Shown piece by piece: positions 13,100 through 25,029 of a stretch of DNA of 64,000 nt. Numbering within the stretch: the first letter of the stretch is position 1; each line of letters opens with the position of its first letter. The translations under genes and the position numbers were made by a program. Source of the stretch: Octopus vulgaris (Eukaryota); the NCBI GenBank assembly GCA_951406725.2, contig OX597824.1, positions 58,280,001 to 58,344,000 on the forward strand, in the 5' to 3' direction. Under the pieces are notes generated by a model that ran no database searches, had not been told where the DNA came from, and saw nothing but the letters and a program-made list of their open reading frames with translations.

Positions 13100-13330
13100 A
13101 TACAGGCACAAGATCAGAAATTTGTGAAGATGCTTATATTGATTTCAAATTTTGGCACAAAGTCAGGATTTTGGTGGGGGTGAGGGGAGGGGGTAAGTTG
13201 TTTCCCCAGTACTCAATTGATACTTATTTTATCAACCCCGAAAAGTCAACCTCGGTGGAATGTTGAACTCAAAAGGTAAAGCCGGACGAAATATCACTAA
13301 GCGTTTTGTCCGGCGTGCTAATAATTCTGC
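13100..13330 (-). mobile_element. SINE family B
   Basis: Same motifs as 53478-53910. Confidence 0.75.
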
Positions 13331-13944
13331 CTTACTTGGAGAGGTAAGTATTGACTCCAGCAGTAGACTGTTTCATTGACACCGTAAGAATGAAGAGCAG
13401 AGTTCTTTTAGAATGTAAAGAGCCGAAACATCATAACGGCTTTTTTTCTACTCTCCATCTTTTATCTTATCTTTTATGATAAAGGTACAAGGCCAGCGAT
13501 TTTAGGGGAAGGGTTTGGACCCAGTGGTTCATTTGTTACTTTATTTTATCGCAAATAAAAGGAGTTGTATCTATTTGCGATGGATGCGTGAATATAATGA
13601 GTACAGATATGGATTTTGCTATGAAATCACAATGGGGACAATGATGATTTTAATTTTGCTTGAGATTACGTAAATGTGTCTATTGACTGCCGCATAAAAT
13701 GTTGTTATTGTTCTGCTCCCTATTTAAATTGTATAAATTCATCATGACACATTCTACGCCACTCAGACAGATCTAGGCAATAATTTTTACCGAGATGTTA
13801 AATTAGACTCTAAGGATTTTAGTGAATGTTTCAACTTATCCTTGTTCCTAAGGATGTGTCTTCCTTTACCGCGGAATACCTGTATTAGTTGACTATACAA
13901 AATAATTTTTGTAATGTGATCATTTTGCATTCGAACAATACAAG

Positions 13945-14130
13945 TTTCAAAATTTGGCACAAGGTAGGCAATTTCGGGAAGAATGTAAGTCGATTACATC
14001 GACACTAATGTTCAACTTCCGAAAGGAAGATAAACAGTTGACCTCGGCAGAATTTGAACTCAGAACATAAAGACAGACGAAATACTGCTAGGCATTTTGT
14101 CCGGCATACTAACGGCTTTGCTAGCTCGTC
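13945..14130 (-). mobile_element. SINE family B
   Basis: CTCGGCAGAATTTGAACTCAGAACATAAAGACAGACGAAATAC, as in the other copies. Confidence 0.78.
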
Positions 14131-14134
14131 AACT

Positions 14135-14154
14135 TAATAATAATAATAATAATG

Positions 14155-14207
<53 letters not shown>

Positions 14208-14282
14208 CGGAAGAAGAAGAAGAAGAAGAAGGAGAAGAAGAAGAAGAAGAAGAAGAAGAAGAAGAAGAAGAAGAAGAAGAAG

Positions 14283-14312
<30 letters not shown>
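14135..14312. repeat. Compound (AAT)n-(GAA)n microsatellite
   Basis: Seen directly. Confidence 0.97.
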
Positions 14313-14313
<1 letters not shown>

Positions 14314-16153
14314 GAAATGTGCATGTGTTTTTTGCAAAATGACTCTCCAGAGATACAACGACGAACTTATTCAATCTTTCAACATTCATACTGACGGCCA
14401 TGTAAAAACAACAATTATCTTGAATTTTATATAGTTACCATCAACTGACGTTACAATTCTTTGTTCTCTCTTCAAAATTTTTATATTACTTTTCAGCCCA
14501 AGCTAGCACTGATCAAAGATAACTATGAACATAAGCTTTCCAATCATGACGATATTTTCTGCTTCCGTGCATCTCAATGTGCATCTTTCTTTTTAGATCT
14601 TAAGAATAGGATTTGAAGGAAATTAAGGTGCAATTTTTTGTAAGTAAAATGAACATCATTGGTTCGAAAGAAAAGATGGTGTTAATTTTGGCTGCCCTCA
14701 AGTTATTATTTGTAGTTGTGAGGGAATTTGAGCCCCTATCTCTCAGATGTATGCCTCTGAGAGAATTTATTTTCCATGATCTACCAATCAAAATCATTTA
14801 ACAGCAGATATCTAAATATTCGTTATTTTTTTTAGTATTTCTTTCTAGTTATTGCTTTGAAGAAAGTTTATTAGATATATTCTTCGGTCTGTCAAGATGT
14901 ATCAGCTTTAGACAAACTTTTAAATGAAATAAATAAATAACTTTAAATATTAATTTGTTTTCAACTTTGATTCACAAAAGCCCTCTCACGAATAAAGTCG
15001 TTTTCCTGGCAAGGAAACAAATGATCAACCAAAAAGTTTCCATTTTTAACCTACGATACCCAACAGCAGTTAAAGTGGGGTGTCGAAGTGGCGTGAGGAA
15101 TCCAAAGCCCTAATTTTCGATATGTTATCCTAAAAGGGGAAATACGTAATTTTCCTAACGTCATTTCTCTAACGTAAACCAAATTTTACAAACTTTACAA
15201 TGACGATATGTTTCTTTTTGGCTTCGTCCGTAGAGAAACTTGATGCCATTGCCTTCATGCTTTTCTATTTGCTATTTGTGGTATAAATAAAGAATTATCT
15301 GAAAAATGTATCTCCATAAAATATTCTAGTTAATATTTAAGTAGAGCACACAAGATTCCGAAGAATATTTGGCGGTGAAGATGTTTAAATATTTCATAAA
15401 ATTATGAATGGTTGTAGAGAAATTATTCTACAATACAAGAATTGAAACTAAGACACAAGTTTAGATGTGTATTTTTGGTCCTATGACAGTTGCTACATAA
15501 TTGGTTTCTTTTGAGTTAGTTTACAGGTTCGACATTTTCGGAGAGGAAGTTGAAAATGAGATTGATAGCTTTACTGATGAAGTTCAAATTTATAAAACTG
15601 CCTTAATTGGGAATCGAAAAATTGTGTAGCCTCAGATTGATGGGTGTACATCTTTTTTCTCTTTATGCTTTCCTCACCACATTACTCGAATAAAAGCGAC
15701 ACCGACGCCACAGATCATTTAGAATAAGTTAGATATAATTCTAGTATTAATTTGAAAGTCTAGAATGTGTAAAAATGAAATCGCTTCCGTAAAGATTTGA
15801 ATTTAGATGATTGTTGTACGAGACCAAATCCTCTAAAGTGCCAATGTCGGTATTCTGTATTCTATTTTTCGTTAGGTGGAGAGTATATATTTCCGAAGGA
15901 CAGTTGTGGAGTGTATGCCTTGCTTTATGATATCAGTTGTATAACTGTATTTTACTTGATTCAGTGCCCAATTGGAACTAAGAAGTTTTATTCTGATTTT
16001 GGTGGACACCGCATCAGTTTCGATAAAGGTGTTCTAGTTCTTCGACCAACTGAACTAAAATGTCATTGTATGATAAACATTGTATGAATAAATGGTTAAT
16101 TTTTCCTTAGACACAAATTCTTAATATATTTCTCAAGGGGAATTGTGGTGGTA

Positions 16154-16370
16154 CGAGGAGGTGCTGAAAAGTTCTTGGTTTTAAGAGCCTCACGAAAGAT
16201 CTGAGTGGAGGCCCAAATCTCCAAGTTCTTTTATAAGGCTTAGAAAAACTGGAAGACCGCTAAAATAAGTGCATAAATCTGAGAGGGAACTATGTTGAAT
16301 AAAATCATAATTAACTGGTCCTCCTGTATTTTCTTTTACCCGAAGCAAGGAACTTTTCAGTACCCCCTCG
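16154..16370 (+). mobile_element. Mariner-derived MITE
   Basis: TIRs CGAGGAGGTGCTGAAAAGTTC / GAACTTTTCAGTACCCCCTCG with TA on both flanks. Interior encodes a decayed transposase C-terminus (GLEKLEDR*NKCINLRGNYVE*). Confidence 0.88.
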
Positions 16371-16729
16371 TATAGTATTTCACAAGGCTGATCCTTTGAA
16401 ATGTAGTCACGATGCATCTTATTCTCTCGCATCAATGACTGACTTTTCTAATGACGCCTGTACCTTTAATATAATCATCCGGCAGAATGTGCGCGATACT
16501 GTGTGACAAATCTAGATCTTTGAATAATTGTCTATGTACAGTTAATCTGACGGGCATTTACATATTTTCCATGTACCACCATACAGCTGAAGATGTCCCG
16601 AGGCTGTTGTGGAAACTACATACCCAAGATGTCATGTAATGAATTCAATGAAGGACACCACGATTACCATCATGATTCAATCATTCGGCCACCTTAAACG
16701 CAGCCATGACGGCTTCTACTACAGGCAAG

Positions 16730-16897
16730 GCGCAGGCGTGACTCTATGATTCCGGGTTCAATCCCACAGCGTGGCACCTTGGGAAAGTATTTTCTACTAT
16801 AGCGTTGGGCCTACCAAAGCGTTGTGAGTGGATTTGGTAGACGGAAACTGAAAGAAACCTATCGAATATACATATTCGATATGTATATTCGATACAT

Positions 16898-16935
<38 letters not shown>

Positions 16936-17152
16936 GGTGGGGGATGCCTTTGTATCTGTGTGTGTCCCTCCATCATCATTTGACAACCAGTGTTGGTGTG
17001 TTTACGTCCCCGTATCGTAGCGGTTCGGCAAAAGTGACCGATAGGAGAAGTACAAGGCTTTAAAAAGTCCTGGCACCGATTTGTTCGGCTTAAACTCTTC
17101 AAGGTGGTGTTCCAGCAAGGCCGCAGTCAAATGACTGAAACAAATAAAATAA
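16730..17152 (+). mobile_element. SINE family A
   Basis: GGCGCAGG head, GGTTCAATCCC B-box, internal microsatellite and the family tail. Confidence 0.88.
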
Positions 17153-18037
17153 TAAAATAATAAATAAATATTTCAATTAACAGAGGAGGATGCTAACGAC
17201 TTACTCTCCTTAGTAATACGATACAGAAATGAAATTCCAACTGTGCTACGGTAGCATAATGCTGCTTGTTGTTCGTCGAACCGATAGTAGTCACCTATGG
17301 ACCTTAGGAGTAGAACTGTCAACAGAGCAAGTTTGCAGACGATTGAAAAGGCTGACCTCAGTACACATTGATAGATGAAATCTTGAAGGAGTTGTTGAGG
17401 ACAGCTGGTTTAATTTTGTTTTGTTGCTTTCTTACTCTTTATCTCTTAGATGAAGAAAACCTCCATCTATGACTGTTTTCACAGTTGCTGTGACTGGTTA
17501 GAGGTTGAGATTTATTCGCAGACCAGAAACCATGTTTATTTGAAACAGGGTGGCCTCTACTAAAGATACTAAAGGACTAAATGGTCATGATAAACCGGGT
17601 GAAAGATTAATTCTTCTAATCCTTGTGACAATTTTGTTGGGCTCACGTAAAGGAGCTCCAGTTAATGTGATGTGTTCTAATATTTGAGGGTTTAACATTA
17701 AGTAGATTGTAAAGATGGTTTAAGCAAATCTTCGAGTCGCTGTTTGGTATAAAACAGTGTTCAGCAGTAAAGCTAGGAACGTCATTTTTTATTGGTGTAC
17801 ATGTAGAACGATATAGCTTGGTCAGGTAGATCAGAAGCGGTCTGGAAGAGGAGGTTATGCGACTTAGTACATTGAACCAGTGATAGTTGTAACTCTAGTA
17901 ATATGATAGCAACAGGCGGTCCATCAGCTGTTAGTTGGGGATGTACTACATCGACCAATTTACAAACATAACGCCATGTCAAACACTATCTTATAGGTCT
18001 GTAACTACCTGAGGAATAGTCAAAGCAATGCCGGACA

Positions 18038-18074
<37 letters not shown>

Positions 18075-18638
18075 CCTCTCTCTCTCCTACTCACGCACAC
18101 GAATACTCAGACGCACATATTGCATTGAGGCTGGCAGACTGCGACATTAATATTCTGTTTTCACAATTCTTATGTATCGTTTTGTAATTTATTGTTGTAG
18201 GTTTCTTTTGTTTGATGTTTCTATAATTCTTATCTTAATTATTTTAAGATCAGAAAGGCCCTTATTCTATGCGTCCACAATTTCTAATATATAGAAATAC
18301 TAAATCAATTGCAAAACCATATTGGTCATATGTACGGTGAAAATATGACTAATTAATCAGGATGAGAAAAAGGCAGGTTGTGATGTGTGCGGCCTTCTGT
18401 TGACCTTCTATTACAAAATAAAAATAATTCAAACTGTAAATAGAAACCGGATCGCTGATTCGTGTCGATTTGATTGAGATAAAGTACATAAAATACTTTA
18501 CAAACATATTTGACATCTACATCATAACACTTGGAAATTTTGTTTGTTTATAGCTATATGTATGAACACACACATACACACACACATATATGTATTTATT
18601 CAAATAGACATGCTTATGAATATACATGTATGTGTATG

Positions 18639-18692
<54 letters not shown>

Positions 18693-18897
18693 TGAATGAA
18701 TGTATGTATGCATGTATACGAGTGTGTATTCGCGTGTGCCTGAACGTGTGTGTATTAATACTGAAATATTAAATTTCGTGACACCAAGCTTCACATCACC
18801 AATATATGGACGAACTTTGAGGAATAATACTAATGCAAATACTTATGTAGAGAATACGAATAATTCGTATAAAGGTAAAATAAACATACATTAACTT

Positions 18898-18990
<93 letters not shown>

Positions 18991-19284
18991 ACATATATAT
19001 ATATATATATATACGTTTATGTATATATATATATATATACGTATATGTATGAGTGTGTGTATATGTGTGCATCTTAGTGATTGGGTTTTTATGTTTTTAT
19101 ATTTGTATTTATAAGCATATATGTGTATGTGTATATGTAAGTGTATGCATATTTATATATATGTACACTCACAAACACACACTCACATATTAATCCTATA
19201 GATGAGCTTTGATAAGTTCATCGGATCCAAGAAAAATTCGCTATGGTCGCTAGATCTACCGAAGTCAATAGAGCACATAATAAA

Positions 19285-19333
19285 GATGATTACTGACGAT
19301 TATATATCAACCTCGATCGAAATGTCTATCATC
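19285..19333 (+). ncRNA. Hammerhead-like motif, weak stem II
   Basis: GATGATTA-CTGACGA-...-GAAA-TGTC-TATCATC. Confidence 0.5.
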
Positions 19334-19433
19334 TACATATTTCTTTTAAAATATGCTCTTTTCTGTCTTATATCAGTAATGACACACACTTCAAATACAC
19401 ACACACACACATACACACACACACACACACACG

Positions 19434-19464
<31 letters not shown>

Positions 19465-19634
19465 GTATATGTATGTATATATATTATATTTATAAACATA
19501 CGATATAATCACAATACACCTGTTTATATGTGTGTATAGGCACATGTATACATATACATCTGTACATAAATACTGATGTGTAAATAAGTTTATAAGTTTT
19601 GAATATATAGTTTTACCTTTTGTGCATGCATATG

Positions 19635-19690
<56 letters not shown>

Positions 19691-19974
19691 TTGATTGATG
19701 TAAATAATTTCCAATAAAGTCGGGATTAATATGGATGTTATGTTTGGCTGCCTTAATTCAAAATGAGTATAAATAATAATACGTATATCAATGTGTATAC
19801 AAAATGTATATATATACATTCATTATGTCTCTTGAGAAAGTGTTGATAGATTGGTAGCGTTGATAGGGTGTGGAACTCAATTGAAAGCAACAGCCAAGAA
19901 ATAAGTTCGACGCAATCATGCTGCAAGCTTTTGTGGTTTTCTCTCATACTACACGTCAATATTAAAACAGAGGA

Positions 19975-20485
19975 TGAGGCAGTGAGCGGCTTGAATTCTT
20001 AACATGCCGGGAAGAATGCTTTGCAGCATTTCGAGGTTGACGTTGCTTTTATCAATTCTGGGTCGATAAAATAAGTACCATTTGAGTACCGCAGTCGATG
20101 TAATCAACGTACACATAAAGTGCTGGCCGTGTGCAAAAATTTGAAACCGAAGAATTTAAGGCGGTGAGCTGACAGAATCGTTACTGCGCCGGACAATCGG
20201 CATTTCTTCCGATTTTATGCTTTGAGCTCCAATGTCGTGTTGAACACTGGAACTAATAAAATTGATTTCCACTGACCCTAAAAATTCCTGGCCGCGTGCT
20301 AAAATTTGAAACCAACATCAAAGTGAAGAATTTAAGGCGGCGAACTGGCAGAATCGTTAGCACGCCTGAGATAATGCTTAGCGGCATTTCCTCCGTCTTT
20401 GCGTTCTGAGTTTAATTTCCACTGTAATTCAATTTATCTCTTTCCTGAAATAGTTGGCTTTGTACCACAATTTGAAACCAATATT
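19975..20485 (+). mobile_element. Three tandem decayed SINE family B copies
   Basis: Repeated AAGGCGG(T/C)GA(G/A)CTG heads and AATTTGAAACC tails. Confidence 0.75.
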
Positions 20486-20774
20486 AGAAGGGATGATGAA
20501 AGAGTTGGTGAATCCCCAGTCAAAACATTATACTATGTGGTATTTACGTTCTGAATTCAAATCACACCCAAAGAAACTTTGCCTTCCGGGGTTTATAAAA
20601 CATAGTACTAAGCCATCGTGTTGTTTGTGTCTTGTTTTCTTTATAAAAGAATGAAGACTTATGGTAAGATTTGTTTGTTGTTTGTGCAAGAACGAAAGAG
20701 TAACAAAGAAGAAAACAACATTGGAATATAGACCTGCACAATGTGGGGAAATCAAAAGCTACAGAATAATAATA

Positions 20775-20991
20775 ATAATTCTTTCTACTATAGGCACAAA
20801 GCCTGAAATTTTTGGGAGAGGAATGTCAATCATATCTACCCCAGTACTTGACTGGTATTTAATTTATCAACCCGAAATGGATGAAAGGCAAAGTCGTCAT
20901 TGGCAGAATTTGTACTCAGAACATAAAACCAGACAAAATGCCGGTGAGCATTATCTCCGGCGTGCTAACGACTCTGCTAACTCACCGCCTT
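20775..20991 (-). mobile_element. SINE family B flanked by (AAT)n
   Basis: Minus head AAGGCGGTGAG, tail GTGCCTATAGTAGAAAGAATT. Confidence 0.82.
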
Positions 20992-20992
20992 A

Positions 20993-21093
<101 letters not shown>

Positions 21094-21439
21094 GTGGAAA
21101 AGTGAGGGTGTCAAGGTAGAAGATATAAGATCTGCTCTCAGGAGGTCAAGCAAATGGAAGTCTCCAGGAAAGGATAAAATTCCTAACTTCTGGCTGAATG
21201 CCTTCCCAGAGAGCCATGAACTGCTAACAGAACTGTACAATGATGTTTTGCAACACCCTAGTAGGATGCCTCCTTGGCTAGTTAATGGGTTAACATTCCT
21301 GCTTCCAAAAAGTGAAGAAACAAATGAACCAAAAAACTATAGACCCATAACCTGCTTAACAATTATGTACAAAACACTAACATCTGTCCTGACGGAGTAT
21401 ACCTATAGTTTTTTTTAACAGACAGCAGCATATTCCCTA

Positions 21440-22018
21440 ATGAACAGAAAGGATGTAAACGTGGATCCTGCGGCTGTAAAGATGATCTTAGAAGATTGTC
21501 ACAAACGACACAAAAACTTATCAATAGCCTGGATAGACTATAAAAAGGCTTTTGATAGCCTACCACATAGCTGGATTAGGAAATGCCTGGAAATGTATAA
21601 GATAGCACCTACTCTGCGAAACTTCTTGACTGTAAGTATGAGATCATGGAGAACCACACTAACTCTGAACAGTGATAATGAATCTCTAAATGCTGGTGAT
21701 GTAAAAATTTCGTGTGGCATTTTCCAGGGTGACTCACTGTCACCACTCCTCTTTTGTTTATCCTTAATACCTCTCTCAAAGCTGCTCAATGACGCGCAGT
21801 ACGGGTATAAAATGTTTGATAAAAATATAAATCATCTCATTTACATGGATGATTTAAAGCTTTTTGCAAAAAATGACCAACAACTCAAGGGCTTACTAGC
21901 GATAGTCAAACAATTCAGTGACGACATCAGAATGCAATTCGGCCTCGATAAATGTGCAAAGGCTACCTTTATCAAAGGAAAAATGACAGAAACATCTAAC
22001 GTTAACCTTGACCAGTAG
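21440..22018 (+). pseudogene. R4/Dong-like reverse transcriptase fragment
   Basis: IDYKKAFDSLPH, QGDSLSPLLF, YMDD. Ends at a premature TAG (CAG in copy 3). Confidence 0.9.
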
Positions 22019-22099
22019 AATGTCATAAAAGAACTAGACCCAGCGGAGAGCTACAAGTACCTAGGGGTAATTGAAGGGAACGGAATAAGGCATTCAGAG

Positions 22100-23401
22100 A
22101 TGAAGGAAAGGATCAGGAGAGAATGCTATCGAAGAGTAAGAGCAATACTCAAGACAGAGCTGAATGCAAGAAACAGGATCGAAGCGATCAATGCATTAGC
22201 CATACCAGTCGTGACTTACAGTTTCAATATTGTTAACTGGTCAATTACTGAAATATGTCAGCTCGACAGAAAAATAAGGAAACTTCTGACAATGCATAGA
22301 ATGCACCACCCTAAGGCAGATACAGAACGACTCTATCTGCCAAGAAAAGAGGGAGGCCGTGGTCTTTTGCAACTGGCAATAACAATGAAGATTGCTACAA
22401 TTGACCTAGACACCTACCTGAAAAACTCTGAAGACTGGATGTTAAAACTTGTCTCAAAACATGAAAACAAGAAAGCATCATACTCAGTCACAAAACAGGT
22501 AAAGGAATATCTAAGTGAATTCCGAATACAACCAATTTCGGAATTAGAGATAGATATACAAGAAACAAGCACAGAAAAAGCTAGGCGCATGAAAACCCGT
22601 GCCAAAACTGCGGCCTTAGATATTCTGAATAATAAATGGCAAGAAAAACCTCTTTATGGCAAATACCCAAAGAGAGCGAATAATGCAGATATCGACAAAG
22701 CCCTGACCCGTCAATGGCTAATGGCCTCTGGCTTAAAATCTGAAACAGAGGGGTTTATCATAGCAGCTCAAGATCAATGCCTACCAACAAGAAACTACCA
22801 GGCCAACATATTAAAGAACGGCAGTAGCCCAACATGTCGTGTATGCCGACAACAAAATGAAACCATTGACCATGTTGTCTCCAAATGCAGTCTTCTAGCG
22901 CCTACAGAGTACCTCAGTAGGCATGATAGAGCTGCACAATATATTCACTGGGTAATTTGCAAAAACCTAGATTTGCCCCATGAAAAAAACTGGTGGGAAC
23001 ACAATCCACCTCCTGTGCTTGAAAATGACCACATCTCACTCCTCTGGAACTTCACCATTCAAACTGACAGGAAGATAGATGCAAATAAGCCAGACATTAT
23101 ATTGAAAGACTTCAGACAAAGAACATGCCTCCTCATTGATATGACTGTCCCAATCGATATAAACGTATCTGTCAAGACCTACCAAAAACTGAGCAAATAT
23201 AAAGATCTTGAAATAGAAATCAGCAAAATGTGGAAGCTGAAGACTAAAACAATACCTGTTGTCATAGGTGCCCTGGGAATGATAGCGAAAGGGACTGATT
23301 GCTACATAACTCAGATACCAGGAAACCCCAAAATGGCAGAAATTCAAAAGATAGTGCTCATGGGAACTGCTCATATCCTACGCAAAATACTCTCTATGTA
23401 A
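22100..23401 (+). CDS. R4/Dong-like ORF C-terminal part (RT thumb, CCHC zinc knuckle, restriction-like endonuclease)
   Basis: 433 aa open: RLYLPRKEGGRGL, CRVC...ETIDHVVSKC, RHD, KPDIIL...LIDMTVP, KLSKYKDL. Confidence 0.88.
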   Translation: MKERIRRECYRRVRAILKTELNARNRIEAINALAIPVVTYSFNIVNWSITEICQLDRKIRKLLTMHRMHHPKADTERLYLPRKEGGRGLLQLAITMKIATIDLDTYLKNSEDWMLKLVSKHENKKASYSVTKQVKEYLSEFRIQPISELEIDIQETSTEKARRMKTRAKTAALDILNNKWQEKPLYGKYPKRANNADIDKALTRQWLMASGLKSETEGFIIAAQDQCLPTRNYQANILKNGSSPTCRVCRQQNETIDHVVSKCSLLAPTEYLSRHDRAAQYIHWVICKNLDLPHEKNWWEHNPPPVLENDHISLLWNFTIQTDRKIDANKPDIILKDFRQRTCLLIDMTVPIDINVSVKTYQKLSKYKDLEIEISKMWKLKTKTIPVVIGALGMIAKGTDCYITQIPGNPKMAEIQKIVLMGTAHILRKILSM

Positions 23402-23589
23402 TCCCAAGGTTTAAAACAAACTTTTTATTTTTATTTATTTATTGATTTATTGATTTTTTTAGACATTCACTAGTACAACACCCCCCCCCCCCAAATATAT
23501 GGCACAGAACTTCCAACCTGTTGTCTCTTGAGGTCTCTGGGTGAGACTTGGAGCCAACTTGTACAAACATAAAGCAAAAGTCAAACATA

Positions 23590-23664
<75 letters not shown>

Positions 23665-23665
<1 letters not shown>

Positions 23666-24615
23666 TCCTTCTTTATTGGCCACAGGGCCGAACACAAAAC
23701 ATAGAGGAGAATACACAGACGGGAGACAGGGATGTTAAGCGTGTAAACAACCAACAAACACAATGATTAACAAAGAGATTAAATCAGCAATCAGGGTGAG
23801 TTCCACCGTAAGTTGACCAAAGAGACCTCACGCACTTTGGACCCCTTAACGCCAACAATTCCTCAGGAAGGCACCTGCTCTTCTCCCATTCGGCCTACAG
23901 GTGCACACTTAGAGTAGGCTCTTTTACGCCGGCCGTTCTTGCCACATTCACCTACCTTTCAACGAACTTACTGGGTAACAGTACCGCCTTCTCCAGCCTC
24001 ACTTTCCTTTTCAGGTGGAGCCTGAAAAAGTCAATGAGGCCTTGGCCAGAGAGGAGGGTACCCGTCTTCAACCTTTGCAGTCGCGTCCACCACACAACCT
24101 CTTTTGTCACAGCCACCAGACAGAGGAAAATTGCCCTCCCTTCCCGGCCAAAGGAAGGAGGGGGCGATCTTCACAATGGACTCGGACGATAGCCGGATGC
24201 GTCCTACGTGACAATAACTGTTCGAGAAAGCTCCACAAGTCAGCAATGCGTGGACACTGTACGTGAGCATACAGAACCGGTTTATAGAGCTCATCTCGAA
24301 CCTTATTTAGTTTCTCTATCTTGTTCTCTAATGAGATGTTAACCAATTCCTTAGCTGTAGTGATATTTGCAAAAGTTTCTTTCCTGCAGCTAACTCCACT
24401 TTTGTTAGATACTTCGCCGCAGTTGTTTTCCGTATCGTTGTGCGTGCTACTACAAGTTTCATGTAGTTAGGGAGACTTTACTCCTTCCTTTCTCTCGCTT
24501 TCTTTCTGCTTTCCCTCTTTTTGGTTCTTTTCTTGACTCTTCTTCTTCTTCTTCTTCTTCTTCTTCTTCTTCTTCTTCTTCTTCTTCTTCTTCTTCTTCT
24601 TCTTCTTCTTCTTCT

Positions 24616-24685
<70 letters not shown>

Positions 24686-24991
24686 TGCTGTCTACTGCCA
24701 ATCATGGTGGGGAGGACAGGGAAGTCCTCATGCAAATTGCCGTACCACTTTCTTTCCTCACTCCAGCTTTTCGTCGCCATCTTCAATGTTTACTTTCTTC
24801 GAAGCAAATTTTCGGAGAAATTTGAAAACAAAAAGGTTTGTATCACCCCAAGGATGGGGCTTTGGTTAACACCAGAAGGACAGCTAGCTTGCAAAACGAT
24901 TTAACTAACAAAATACAGTATAGAACATTTTAAAACAAGTGAATTAAACATAAACTTACGGCGCTCCAAAAACACACCTCTACCTAGGTGA
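23665..24991 (-). mobile_element. Tx1/L1-like LINE, heavily internally deleted (copy A)
   Basis: ORF2 C-terminus HAxVQCP..DLW-type motif, 3' end GGCCAATAAA+(ATT)n, homologous to 25030-27420 and 37175-39160. Contains (TTC)n(TTTC)n at 24537-24683. Confidence 0.7.
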
Positions 24992-25029
24992 TAATAATAT
25001 TAACAATAATTATTATTATTATTATTATC

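Noticed and set aside
15797-16087. 96-aa Cys-rich ORF
   Set aside because: Non-ATG start, no recognisable motif or splice signals.
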